In this document: piece after piece, positions 49,164 through 63,200 of the stretch | Numbering within the stretch: the stretch's first letter is position 1 | How the letters are laid out: each line of letters opens with the position of its first letter | Source of the DNA: Psilocybe cubensis | Lineage: Eukaryota | Assembly (NCBI GenBank): GCA_017499595.2 | Contig: CM039002.1 | Coordinates: 744,001-808,000, forward strand | DNA length: 64,000 nucleotides | Reading direction: 5' to 3' | Position numbers and translations under genes: made by a program | The notes under the pieces: generated by a model | Told to the model about the DNA's origin: nothing | The model's database searches: none | Seen by the model: only the letters and a program-made list of their open reading frames with translations

Positions 49164-51026
49164 GGTAAAGATGATGACAACGATAACCAGAAATCAGAGA
49201 ATATAGGTATTCGAAAGAGAGGTTGAAATTATGGGTTTGAGAATGAGACGACGAGCCTGCGGGGTTGAGAAAAGAAGAAACGGTAGTGTTATATCCAGAA
49301 TTTATAGGTCCCGATGACAGGTTTCTGGGAAGAGAAGGAAAGACGATATATGAGATATGAATAAACCGAAAGAGGGAGTGTTCCGAAAGAGACTCTCACT
49401 TCAACTAAGTTTAAATAGTCCTAGCCTGGCCAGGGCACCATGCACACCACGATTCCATATCTGATGAGGAGATGATGCTCTAGTCCGATATGAAAACTTT
49501 ATTGACACCCGATAGGAATCCGCCGGGGGACAAAGCGCCGCATACAGACGCGGTGATACAATGGTTTGAAGGGTTTTTGAAGGAATCGAATATAGCTGCT
49601 AAGCGCGGGCGCAACTCTGCCGCATAGCGGTGTCTAAGATTGTATTGATTGATCCAGTGGCTAAGCGGATCCTCGAAAGAGCTGGTTACGGGTTGAAAAT
49701 AAAGGTTCTTGGGAACTGGAAACACGATGATCGTATATTGTTGTGGATGCTGACAGGCGGGGCGACCCTCCAATTATACGATTTGAATTGTGAAACCCGC
49801 AAGGCGTCGCCTCACCAAGGAGCGCCAGCGGTATCAGGTCCTCGTGTCGGGCATGCCCAAAAGCCACTCTGGACACCGACCATTGATGTTATTACGGCGT
49901 TCTTTTATCTATGACACATATCCTCTCAGACAGGTCGTAGACAGATATCGATACCGGAAAGTTTGTAGGCCATTCCATCGCCGGGTGCCCACAATTCGAT
50001 GGATGTATGCGGTAGGATACCTTTCTTGCCACCAGAACTCTTCAAGTGGGATTCCATATTCTGTTCCGGGAATGGTCTCGCATCCTTACTTTGATGACGG
50101 CCAGAGGAAGATGGCCAGAAAGACTGGGTGCATCACGCGAGCCTCTGCGAACCTGATTTGGCCGCGTAAGACCCGAAACGCGAATGCGCTAACTCGTACA
50201 TCGGAGCCCTCAGCTCCAAATGGAACGTTGGAGTCTCGTTCCACATCTTCTATGGATGATTCCGAGACCAAGAGGTTGGATGGTCATATGAGAGCATGCG
50301 AGAACAGAAACCAAGGTACTAGGACACCAACAATGAATATGTTAGCGGTGACCAAGCGGTGACTCTTGGAAGAGAAAAGCAAAAGTGATATGGCACCGAG
50401 AGCAACTCGCGCCACGTCGGGAATGCCGGACGCGGGAGCTTGAAAGGCGGTGCCGAAAATACAGGGCCATTTCAGGCACAAACGCTGACCGCGGGGTCCA
50501 CGGACACGATACTCGAGACTCGAGTTACCTCGAGTTGTCTCTGTTGAACCTGGTGGGTTGTCGCATATTCTCGAGCGATTGTAGATAGAAATAGAACGAT
50601 GGTACAGAAAACATTTGACCTGAAATCAACCCGAAACCTCAGTTTGAACTCGACGCATGCATTGCGAAAGTATCAAACCCTTATAATTATGATCAGATTG
50701 GATACGTGCATATTGACTACAAGTACAAGTCATCCAACGGGCAGACCGACATCACGACGACAGAGTTCAGCAAAAGACTCGTTCTCCAGGTCTCCATGGA
50801 AGTAATCGGATCGTTCGTCACAAACATGTTTCATTCGCAGACATCGATCCCAAATAGGCATTGGATATTCCTATTGTATCAAACCTGCCGGCACCATTCA
50901 ATCCCAGTTTGGGCAAATACAGCGTCGGACCCGCACAACTACAGCCAAGCATAATCTAAAACAGCTTGGTGTTATCCTAACTACAAACTACAACAGTAAT
51001 ACTCGTCTCCCTACCGAACTAGATTG

Positions 51027-54000
51027 TCATCCCAAAATATTTGGCATGCCATTTCCCCAATCCGCGTTAGACGCTGAACCATCGTTGGACTGGGCAGTAT
51101 AAATACTCTGACCTTGAAACTGATTGGGTATGTGGAATGGGGGATAGCTCAGTAAGGAATACTGAACATTAGCATCATCAACCTCATTGGCTTCTCCATA
51201 GGTTGTGTATTGGGTATAACCCATTTCCGTCAAGGCTAGATCCTGGATTTCCCAGTTATTCGAAATTGGGAAAGATAGGTCAGGGAGGACATGTGCAGTA
51301 GTACTGTCATTTGTCGTGAGATGTCTTGATAATGACGGTTCGTAAACGTGTTGGGGATTTTTGTAGCTCAGTTGGAGTGGTCTCTCAAATCTACCTCGTT
51401 CTGTCAAGGAGTCGCTGACGAGTATAACGCTCTGCATTAAATTGTATACTGATGATGCAGAAACAGACATACCGGAATCGCCCTGCTTGGTTCCACCTAC
51501 ATACAACAAAGAGTGAGCTTGATAACAGACATATATAAAACACGAACCCTTTCTCGCATTCCTCCAGTATATTCATACATGTATTGTAATCATGGCTCTC
51601 TTCTCCTAGCACTTCATCGACCCGCACACTAGATTTAATCTTCTTCAGTTTATCAAGAACCAAAATACCCCCTGCCATGTACGCAGAAAGCTAGAAATAT
51701 GCCATAATTTGTAAGCATACATTCCATAAAATTTTCTAGAGAGACTCAGGTGCACGATTATACTCACCGCTGTAGTGGGAAAGATACACAGCCCACGAGC
51801 CAGGCCCACCTCCAGCACCCTAGCACACTGTATCGCTGCACTCGTGCATTTTTCAAAGCTGGCAGTGGCAACGAGCTCTTCCGTAATATGCCGCCGATGA
51901 ATCTGAATGTCTATGTAATGAAAAATCGTATGGAGGTTAACCGACTGATGAAAGAATATCGGATCCGCTCTGAGAGGATCCCACTGTACTTTTTAACGCA
52001 ACCATCGCACATTATTAGTACATCCAGAGGCAAAGCGAATAGCATGGCGCACGATAGTCAGGTAAGTTGTCTTTCCACTCTATCATGGCCGAGTCGAGTG
52101 CTGCGATCATCCGGGCCTCCCAATCGACTCCAACATACCCAGACATCGTTTTAGATTTTTTGTTGGAGTATAATGTCCTCAGCACGACACTAAGCACTTC
52201 GCAAAGCCTGATCAGGCGTATGAATGCGGTAATTGTGCAAGGTTTCCCGTCTGGCTGCTGAAATGCTTTTCGAGGGTCGTCCATTATCCAGTATTCGTCG
52301 TCGCATGCAATGGGGTATTCAACATCAAATCTGCGCATTTCAAATGTCAAAAATTTATAACTAGTAAAAAGATGTGAGCCAAATCAGAAACCCACATTTC
52401 GTCTTGATATGCACAAGGGCGACCATATAGCGAGCTCAATATACGCTCAAGGCAGACGAGGGACCTAAATCACAAATTTATACTATCACTCCAAGTTGAA
52501 TGGACAGATTCATTCACCAGAAAACGCGTTTTCGCAATTCTTTCTCAGCGGACGGTGGTTCGTTGTGTGCGTTACGCCTATGCAGACCAAGCTCTATCGC
52601 ATGTCTTAGCCCCATGCCAAATACACTCCAAGACGTGTGTGGCAAAGAGGTACTGTAGAGATATTGCCCTGCTAGCTTACAACACCAAAAGTAAGCCAAT
52701 TTATGTCTTGAAAGAAAAAGAAAAAGCTAGCTTACACAGAAATATTGCAAATCATAGATGCTCGCATTGGAAAGCGTTGCCCATCGGTGGACAGGGACCT
52801 GCGAAAAGTATTTCCACCCTGCAGACAAGTGTAACGTTCCATCGTTTATCAGCACACGGGGGTCCGAGCAGTACTTCGACCCTAGTGCACAGACCATCAA
52901 AACTATCATTCCAAATGAGGCATCCCAATGGTGTTGCCCGATAAACAAAGACTTCATGAATGTGGGACGATGAAGCACTGGAATGAGGATGTTGGTTTTC
53001 TCAAAGTAGAGAGATACGAGCTTTTCAAGCAGGTCGTCCTCAGGGAAGATGTATGAAGCTTCCGATGGTGTCACGCAATGTAGTTCCCACTATAGAAACC
53101 TCAGATTTCGCAGTGAAAAGAAAAAATAGTTTTTGCAACGTACTGGATGAATGCCCCAATAGCTACTGATCCTGTATGATTTGAGTTCGGGTTCTGGTTG
53201 CATACCGGTTATTGAATATTTAATATCATTCAGCCGCTTCGAAAATTCGAGTACACTGTTCAAAGTGTCAGCCTAACCTCTCCATCTCTTTCAACACTGC
53301 AAAACTGACCTAGCTTCTCCAAAGTACCGCACGTCCACACTAGCATTCATCGTGAACTTCTTCATCTCTTCTGCCAGCGATACATGTGATAAATCTTCCT
53401 CTTCTGGAGTTTCTTGATCATTGGTATTTGCTGGCAGCGAAAATTCCGTGTCTGGTGATTCAGCAGGCTGAGGGGGCGGATTTGTTACGATTTCGTCAGG
53501 TATGAGTGGTTCCGTGGCATAAGCATCTTGCGCAATCTCTTGCGCTCGTCCAGGTTCCCGACGTATCTGAGACGACAGTGAATTAAAAGATGAGCATCAG
53601 GCCATAAGTCATAACAATTACCTGATCAATAACCCGCTCGAGGGTTCTTATTCTCTGCTCCAGTATTTCAATGTACCTATATGCTCCATTATTAGATCCA
53701 CAAGACATAAACAAGCAAGATGCGTACCCTGCCAGTTGCATCTCTCGTTTCTACAGTTTGTAGAGGTAAACATCTCCAATCTTCCAGACGCAGCATAGGT
53801 TTGATGTACCTTGTGACGGGTTGGCAAATCGTGGCTGCAGTATGCATCGGACTGGCGGCAATTAGTACAGGTGCTCCCAGGTATCGCGTTGCTGTCGCCT
53901 GAGTCACAGTGAGCAGAAACACCATCGAGTTTTGGAATCTGGCACGGAACATACATTTGACTGTTAAGTAAACGCTTAACTTCAGCATGCGATTTACCGA

Positions 54001-54141
54001 GAAAGGAACGTGTACTTCTTACTTACTCTTCTTGACGCGACACTTGTCGCATGCACCACGTAATCTTCGGATTTTTGCTTTTTGGACCGAGCTTGAATCT
54101 GCAGCGTTACTTGCTGGGGGAGTTGGACTTGCCGAAGACAT
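51027..54141 (-). CDS. Zn(II)2Cys6 transcription factor with Fungal_trans domain
   Basis: RLRGACDKCRVKK, CTNCRQSDAYC, LVSLYFEKTN..PVLHRPTF, GLRHAIELGLHR, ELRKRVFW and GRPC; many introns. Confidence 0.92.
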
Positions 54142-55100
54142 GACACGAACGACTTTCTCTTTCTACCACAGTTGAAAGTGATCGTTAAAGTAACAGAGGG
54201 GTGGTTGGTGGTAATGAAACCTTTTGAACGGTCATTTAGCTCGTTGACGAGTTGTCTGCATTGCCCAACGGAGTAGCGATACACGTGAGTTATGTTAAAG
54301 TCATTTACGCGATTAGGATTGTGAAACGAGTGCGGTCTGGATTGAAGTGAAGTCAGGGAGTGCCTCAAATTCAAGATGATGTATTAAATACGTAGAAAGT
54401 CCATCCAGGGCATAAATTTACAAAGAAGAAATTCGGAAAGAATATCGAGAAATCTAAGAGCAAGCCAATAACACAGCCACAAATGAAAGCTGGACAGGGT
54501 CCCACGTGACCATGGCGTAATTATTAATATGGAAATAGCCGAAGGTAGATCTTTTTTTGGCACAGGGGACGTATTACCCCGCATTGTAATTCTTCGAAAA
54601 TTCTCGATGAAGGTTTCCTTGCCACTGCACCACAATTGCTCCATAACATGTTCTGTTGGAGTGCCATGACCATTGAGGGTTATGGAAGTGCTCAAGGTTT
54701 CATACATATTCCAGCATTGTTCCCCGCTACACTCGGAGATGAGTAAAATTGTACGTAGCACCGCCAGTCCCGATTATTGTTGCGAACGACCCGGGTCGGA
54801 ACCTGGGCGCTAACTGGGAGGTGGGAGTGGATGAGGTTAGCGCATCAAAGGCGTAATAATAGGCGAATAAGTGCTAGGCGGTCATGGGTTATGTGAATCT
54901 GAAAGGTTGAAGCTCCGGCACTGACACACCATCATCCTTTTTCCTTTCAAGAATCCAGTCTTCGGTCGGATGAAAACGTGATCGCCCTGGCATTTCCACC
55001 TACATATATCGGTGCACACCTTTTTTCGACAGAACCACCAAGTGCATAGCAGAACACACTAGCAAAAGGCACAAAACCGCCATCCTTGTTTACATCGACC

Positions 55101-56491
55101 ATGTCCGCTCACCCACGACCCATGCAGCACCCGGTTCTACCTTGGGAAATAACTGACGCCATCATCGACCACCTCCACTCCGACGTTCGAGCACTGGCAA
55201 TATGCAGTGCGGTCTGCGCAGAATGGCTCATACGCAGCCGCCATCACATTTTTTCGACCGTCCAGCTGTGGCCCTGGCGGGCCCAACGTTTCTTCGAGCT
55301 TGCAGCGTCCAGGGAGTGCACGTTCGTGAACAAGATCAGGTGCATCGAGGTCGACGATTCGAAAACGGTGAGGAAGGTGGATGGAGATGAGAGAGGAGCC
55401 GACGAACGTGGAGACGGAATGACCTTTTTCGAGGCCATGGCGCATTCGCATTTCTCATGCTTCGCTCAAGTCCGGACGCTCATCGTGCGCAACGTTGATT
55501 GGACAAAGCACCCGCTGCGCCACCAGGCTACCCTGCGTACCCATCTTTCCAAGTTCCATCAAATCGACAGGCTGGAGTTGCACGGCGTTGTATTCCATGA
55601 CATGCGCGAAGTCGTACGGGTCGTCGATGCCTTCCCGGCGCTCTATCACCTCACTGCGAATGTCACATTCATGAAGATGTTGGAGCACACCATCGCTTCT
55701 GAGATGACGAATCACTTGACCAATAAGCTCGGTTCACTTGACTTGGGAACTGATGACAGTATACCTGCACTATTGAGTAGCGTCGTGTCCGCGGACCGTA
55801 ATCCTTGCTCAATCAGGGAATTGAACCTGCAGAATATAAGGTCAGATCATCTGAAGTATGTTCAAAATGCGCTCGAGAGAGCGGGGAGCAACCTACGACA
55901 TCTATCCCTAGGATTTGAGTCGGAGTTGGGTTCAAAATCTTTGCAGGGTATGAGCCCATCTAACGTTGGGTGTCCATTCCTAACTTGGTCTCAACAGAAA
56001 ACACCGACCAGTTGTTAAACTTTTCCCGTTTGAGCTATCTTGAAACCCTGAGCCTGGAGGGATGGAACCTTTTCAGGACATCAAGTATTCAGGACAGAAT
56101 TTCTGTTATTCTGGAGCGTATAGAGTCGTCCTTCCTAGAGTCCATCCGCCTCCGAGTACGTATGGACATTGAAGACAGTGCCATGCAAATGCAAAAATTC
56201 AACTGGTGCCGAATTGAGCGTGCATTGCTGGCACTTAACTTCTTTGGCATGAAGTCTGTCGTGGTTGTGGTTGACATTCCATCGCGAGGGACGATAAAGG
56301 AGACCGAGGTCGAAAACTGGATAATGACGGGTATGAATGACTTGTACTCTCGAGGCGCGTTGCGCGTCAGAGTCGTTCGTGAAGGAAGTACAGAGAGTAT
56401 TAAAACCTCCAATGGTCAGTCGGGCATTGTCATCTCTCTCATCCCCCTATTAACCACGAGCTGTTCAGCAGTTGTGTCGAAAGAGACTTGA
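55101..56491 (+). CDS. F-box-like / LRR-like protein
   Basis: LPWEITDAIIDHL...LAICSAVCAEWLIRSRHHIF at the N-terminus followed by LxxLxL repeats; one intron near 55948-55997. Confidence 0.75.
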
Positions 56492-56804
56492 AATAGTTAC
56501 CTTGGAGGAGTATGTTATGATAAGAGTCCCTTCATTTGGCTTGTCTGTGTATGTTATATGATTATGGTGGAGATTCGAATTAAAATTTGGGTGAATAGAA
56601 GGGAAGAGGAGCGAACGTTGAAAATTGGCTTGAGGGATATGGTGGTTTGAATGCAAAAGGCGTTCCACTCCTTATCTCGCCAAAACACCGAGCCGTGTTG
56701 CGCAACAGATAAGAGGCAAACGGGACGCCGCCCCACATAATATTATAAATAAATATCATACGGCCTCCTCGACTCTTAACGCTTAAAGGTTCAAAGTTTC
56801 CCAT

Positions 56805-56939
56805 GGTGAGATGGCCGAGCGGTCTAAGGCGCCAGACTAAGGTTAACGACCAGGATGTTAGACATCCAATTAGGTAACCAATCATTGGTTACTTAATATC
56901 TGGTCCTCCGGGGCGTGGGTTCGAATCCCACTCTCATCA
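56805..56939 (+). tRNA. tRNA-Leu(AAG) with a 55-nt intron (56843-56897)
   Basis: Acceptor stem GGTGAGA/TCTCATC, D-arm TGGCCGAGCGGTCTAAGGC, anticodon stem CCAGA/TCTGG with CT-AAG-G, long variable arm, GGTTCGAATCC, and a T-run terminator downstream. Confidence 0.93.
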
Positions 56940-57485
56940 CATCTTTTTAAATACCATTTGTGGCACCGTCGTGTGGGTTCAAATCACACTCCTATTTTAC
57001 GGTCAGTTTCTCCTGTATGCCATGTAACTATGCTCACACCATTTATAGATGACCATGGCCATAGTTTTTGATTTTAATATCATTTGACTGCACGTTGGAT
57101 AAAGAATTTGTCCAAGTAATAAGCACGACCGTCGAGTCGCTCATATTTGAATCGAAGTGATAGATAACAATACATTTAGAAAAAAATGGATCATATGTTG
57201 TTTAAATTAGTATCGCTGGTTTGGTGTTTGGTTCCAGCGAAAGACTAAAAAATCTACCAAGTTTGTGATCATATTGCGTGAGATAATGTGTCGGACTATG
57301 CCGAATTCATAGAACTTATAACATAAAATTTTACAGCACGACAGCTTGATATATCACGCGTCTATGTGGGCCTTCTACTTTTCTGTCCAGTTCCCTGCGC
57401 AAATACCTCAGTACAATGTTGCAGTAATAAAAAGCTGATCAATACGTCTTCTTTTTAATGACTTATGATTTATTGTGAACTATCA

Positions 57486-59874
57486 CTATTCATTTGCGGC
57501 TTTGATGAGATCAGCAGCCCTTTCTGCGAGAAGATATACAGAGCCTTGAGTATGGCAGCTTGGAATGAAAGGCTGAGAAAATTAACGCTCAGCAGAGGCT
57601 CGAGATATCAATCAATGCATGACTTACAAACACGGAAGCATCTACAATGCGGACTCCATCGACGCCTTTTAGTGTCAGATTTGCATTCACCACTCCTGTT
57701 TTTGCATTCGCTGGTGACATCGCAGCTGTCCCAACCCCATGAAACGCGCTTCCAGCAATACCACGGACGTATGCCTCTATGAGTGAATCATTTGTTGCCG
57801 TCGCAAGTGCTTGACTGAAATTTCCAGTGACATAGCGGGACCATGCAGGCGCAGAAATGAAGCGGAGAGCTCCTTTAACCGACTCTGCCGCAGCAGAGAT
57901 ATCGAAGGCAGTGGTCAAATACTGCGGGTCAACAATAGGCAGTTCATACGGATTATTGCTTCGTAGGGTGACGGTTCCCCCTGAAGTCACCAGAATGTAC
58001 CCAGGAGTATATTAGATATTCGATCAAGGACATAATTAAAAAACATGAACTTACGAGAAGTGGGTGTACTTGGAACAGTGACGACTGTCAGAAAATTTCC
58101 CGTCGTTGGCATTGGAGTTCCTGGCTGAAAGAAAAAATTCTAGTGCATGTACATTCGATGAAGACTATATCATTTTCTAGATTAAGCATCCTTACGCTGA
58201 ATATAATTTCCCAATGTGGAGTATTCTGCCCTGCAGAAGGATCCGGTGTAGACTCGAAGATGGAATCATTTGACGGGAATCTTGTGAAACCGTAAAAACT
58301 GGCGACAGTGTTTGAGTAGATACCCCTCTTATTTCCACTCCATTGTGTTAGTGCAGCGGCGGCGGCAGTTGCATTTCTGAATATGATATCAAGCGTGCCA
58401 GTGTCATCTACCTCGAAAACATTTGGGATGAGTAAATGATCACTCAGGTTGGCACCAACAGAAGGATTATTAATTGTTGAAGTGACCTGTAAATGATTTA
58501 GCGCCGTGCTATTGCCAATTCCTGAGAGCATGAGCAGCTGCGGCGTGCCGATTGCTCCGGCAGAAATAACGATCTCCTTGGTCGCGGTAACAGTTTGTAT
58601 TTGACCTACAAAACATAAATTAGTTTTTCTATGCACAAAAAAAAACAAGGGAAACTGTATGACCAAGTGTGAGATTTCCTGGAGGGGGAGAGGCCGTATA
58701 ATGTACACTTCGAAATGATGGCAATCCGTTTGTTGAGTTGCCTGACTGAATTAGCGCCGTCGCCGTAACATTAACAAGGACTACCAAGTTAGGCCTGCCA
58801 ATGACGGTGGAATTTAGATAAGCCGTCGAAGAGCTACTGCGAGCTGCTGATCCTATAGTAGATTGAATAAAGCCCACACCAAGAAGATTATGTTCTCCTC
58901 CTCCAGTATCTTCGTTGAACGGGAACTCGGCCAACTGTTGAGTGGTTTCCAAAATTCGTTCGTCTATTGTTCGATTGTTCCCTGGAAGACTGATGAAAAC
59001 TTGACCGTCTGTTCCGTGATCAGCAGGATCACATTGGCCCACTGTGCTATGCCCATCAGCTGGTGCTACTAATTTTTCATGCTGTGATCTCGTGTTACTA
59101 CCTCAGATAAATGCATGCATTTTGCGAGAGTTTGCCTACCTTGAAGACATATTGCTCCATGTTCGTCCATCCCCAACCCGAATCACCAGAGACCGAAGCA
59201 AGTCTATTCCAATCATCTGCCGAACAGTATTGATGAAACAAAAAATCTTGGGAACACAAGAAAGTTATCTGTTAAACATGGCCACTAAAGCATCATCGTC
59301 ACCAAACACTTACTTACGCTACTTGATCCTCCCAATACATGGCCTCTGATATACGGAACTACACGATTGTTCAATCCCGGCTGCGCCTGGGTAGTAGTGT
59401 TCCAATCAACTTGTGTATCTGCCGTTGGAAATGCTTCATTTATTGCGAAATTCGGTCCATAGTAAAGTTACCAACTAGGGGTCATAGTAGGCGCTAAAAA
59501 GGGTATCCGGAGATCAGGGAAGTTTTGGTCACTTTACAAGAAGGAATCTTGATTACTTGGTCGCGACAAAACACCCCAGTTACATACCTTATTCCAGCCT
59601 CAAGTACAATGACAGTCGTGGAAACGTTCTCCGTAAGACGGCTTGCAAGGGTAAGCCCAGCAGTGCCACCTAGAAAGAAAATAAATTATTCCTTGAGCGT
59701 TAGCGCACTTTCCTGCGCCAATTTCATCTCACCGCCTACTATCACATAGTCATAAACCGTAGTGTTAAGTTGAGATGGTAGCGTGATAAGAACAGCTTGA
59801 GTACTAAGCACAAAATAAGTGTGAAAGACGGTGAGCGCGCTTGTTACTAGATAAGTTTGGAGGAAAGGCGCCAT
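57486..59874 (-). CDS. Secreted GMC oxidoreductase (AA3_2, aryl-alcohol oxidase-like), copy 1
   Basis: Signal peptide, YDYVIVGG|GTAG, RGHVLGGSSS, EIVISAGAIGTPQLLMLSGIG, VGANLSDH, AFHGVGTA and PSCHTQ (His/His pair). Confidence 0.93.
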
Positions 59875-60843
59875 TTATGGTTGAACATGGAGATGAGTAC
59901 ATTTCGAGATATATACCTGAGGCACAACTGAGAACTCCGTAGAGTGCGCGGGACAACTTGAAGCATTTTTGCTTCAGACCTTACCATGCGCTGGCAACTG
60001 GGGTCAAGCTGAGAAATAAGAAGCTGCTCCCACGCGGTTTCTCTCAGGGAAAGATTCATAGAGTGGAGGAGGCTTACAGATGGATGCAGCGTTATAAATG
60101 GTTGACCTTAGTTTTTTGGTTTTTTTGGAAATGAACCAGTATTGTCATGTCGGTTTTGGTTTTACAAGGATACCATACACGTAAGGAAATATTTCGTTAT
60201 ACATCTGTGTGTCTTGAAGATATCATAGTACACACCGATATTCTTGGTAGACAAGGAAGCCCTTGCTCTTCAATGGACATTCTATTGGCATCTATATATT
60301 TAGAGTGACGATTAAAGATAAGAACCGGAAATGAGTACCTCAATATCGAATTTACATGCTTACCCAAACTTTCTTGATAGAACCTTCCGCGAAGCTTGAT
60401 GGAGGTTTGAATCTTGGGAAATAAAGCAATAGTTATGGGCAGGTGTGAAATAGGGGCCACCGCCACCTGTTCGCAGGCATTCCTTTCTGTGGCACCATTC
60501 ACAACCAGACCTGTTCAATTGCAGCTTTGTATCAGCAAAGAAACCTCGATTTAGATGTGTTTATTATAGGCTTGCGTTAAATTTATCACAAATATTATAA
60601 CTCATCAGGCGCGCCCAATTGAACAGATCCATTATTGCGGCATGTTAAATTCCCTTTTCCCATCAATACCGCTCTTGGTTTATAATGTGATTTTTATTTT
60701 AAATATGTTGTGGTCCACGCTGCGTATGCGTCGTATTCATTGTTGGCTTTTCCATGTAGTGGTTTAAAAAAACGTACCGTTCCGTGAAAATCTGACCATT
60801 TGTCAATGATTGCATTGGACATAATAACTTATCAGTACAATCA

Positions 60844-63200
60844 CTAGTTATTTGCCGCTTTAATAATGTCAGCTGCTCTCTCTGCCAAGAGATATACGGG
60901 TCCTTGAGTGTGGCAACTCGGGATAAACGGCTGATACCATTAAGCGCTCAGTGGAATATTTGAGTAAAACAAGGCACAGCACTTACAAACACAGAAGAAT
61001 CCACAATACGAACACCGTCAACGCCCTTGAGGGTCAAGTCAGAATTGACCACGCCCGTCGTTGCGTTCGAACTTGACATGGCAGCCGTGCCGACTCCATG
61101 AAACGCGCTTCCAGCGATACCACGGATGTATTGTTCTATAAGTGCATCACTAGTCGCAGTTTTCAGTACGTTGCTGAAATTGCCGACGACGTAGCCAGAC
61201 CATGCAGGAGCAGAGATGAACCGGAGAGCTCCTTTGACGGACTCCACCGCAGCAGACATATCGAAGGCAGTGGTCAAATATTGGGGATCAACTATTGGTT
61301 GGTCGTATGGATTGTTGCTTCGGAGAGTGACAGATCCTCCTATGCACATAAACACAAAACTGCATGAGATATCGGGTACTGGGAACAAAGATAGAGACAC
61401 ACTTGAGGTTGGGGTACTGGGAACCGTGACCACCGTTAAAAAGTTTCCGGTCGAAGGCATAGCAGTACCTGGCTGAAAGAAGAAATTCTAATGAAATGTT
61501 TGTCAGCCTCGAAGCGGACAGCGCTTGCTGATTCTCACACTCAATATAATTTCCCAGTGCGGAGTATTTGGACCAGCAGAAGGATCAGGGGTTGTGTTGA
61601 AAATGCTGGAGTTCGCTGGGAATCGGGTAAAGCCATAAGTATTGGAAACGCTGTTTGCAAAGGAGCCTTTTTTGGTCGTCTTCCATTGATTTAATGTGGA
61701 TGCTTGGGTGGTAGCATTTCTAAGAAGATCATCGAGCGTCCCAGTTCCATTTACTGCAAAGACGTTTGGGATTAGCATATGGTCGCTGAGGTTGGCGCCA
61801 ACGGAAGGATTGTTGATCGTAGTATTTATTTGTAATCGGGCCAACGCTGCGCTATCCCCAATCCCCGAGAGCATTAACAGCTGAGGTGTCCCGATTGCTC
61901 CAGCTGAAAGAATAATTTCCTTCGTCGCTGTTACTCTTTGTATGGTGCCTATAAAGACAAAATAAGCGATTGAAGAATGATATACAAATGCAAAAAAAAT
62001 ATTAACCAAGTGTAAGATTGCCAGGGGGCGGAGTAGCTGTATAGTGTAAGCTTCGGAAAGATGGTAATCCATTGGTCGAATTTCCAGATTGGAATAGCAT
62101 CGTCGCCGTGACGTTGACCAACACAACTAAATTCGGCCTGTTTATTACACTGGAATTCAAATACGTTGTCGAGGAGCTACTGCGCGTCCCATTTCCAGCG
62201 CTGGATATCAGGAAACCTACTCCGAGGAGACTGTGGTCCCCACCGCCAGTGTCTAGGTTAAATGGGAATTCAGCGAGTTGCTGAGTCGTGGCCAGAACAC
62301 GAGTGTCTATCGATTGATTGCTTCCCGGAAGGCTAATGGGTACCTGCCCTGTTTTTGAATGGTCAGAACCATCAAATTGGCCAATGGTGTTATGAAAGTC
62401 GGCTGATGCAACCAGGTTTTCGTGCTATTTACCTTCGTCAGTAAATTTGGACACACAGTCGCGAAATGAATGATGTTCTTGCTTGCCCTTGTGACATATT
62501 TAGCCATTCTGGTCCATTCCCAGTTTATATCACCCGAGATGGAAGAAAGTCTGTCCCAATCATCAGACGAACAATACTGATGGAATAAATAATCTAGAAA
62601 ATACAACGGGTAATTGGTGAAAGGCAGACATGAAACAACCAGTAAAACGCACTGATGCTACTCGAACCTCCAAGCACATGGCCTCTGATATAGGGAATCT
62701 CCCTGTTGTTTAGGCCTGGTTGAGCTGTTGTTGTAGTGTTCCAGTCGACCTGGGTCTCTGAAATGTAACAGATTTCAATCTTTCCTTCAAATCTCAAAAG
62801 ACAAATCACTGACTTGGAGATAAGGTAGGTGCGATAAACGGTATCTGGAGATTTGGGAAATGTTGATCGCTACGTAAATAGCACCAGTTAGAAGTTTAAC
62901 GAGCATTCCAGTTGAGTCGCGTACCTGATGCCTGCCTCGAGAACTATCACAGTTGTTGAGGCGTTCTCTGTCAGACGACTTGCAAGGGTAAGCCCCGCAG
63001 TTCCACCTAAATTAGCCAAAAATGAATAAAACTTTACATTCCAGTTTTATTTTATACCCACCGCCTACGATTACATAGTCGTAAAACGTCGTGTTGAGTT
63101 GCAGTGGCAGCGTAATAAGAACAGCCCTCGCAGGAAGCACTACATAAAACACGAGGCCCACCAGACCGATAGAAAGCCAGGTTCGTAGAAAGTCCGCCAT
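60844..63200 (-). CDS. Secreted GMC oxidoreductase (AA3_2, aryl-alcohol oxidase-like), copy 2
   Basis: Same motifs and a similar exon layout to copy 1: YDYVIVGG, RGHVLGGSSSI, GAIGTPQLLMLSGIG, AFHGVGTA and PSCHTQ. Confidence 0.93.
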
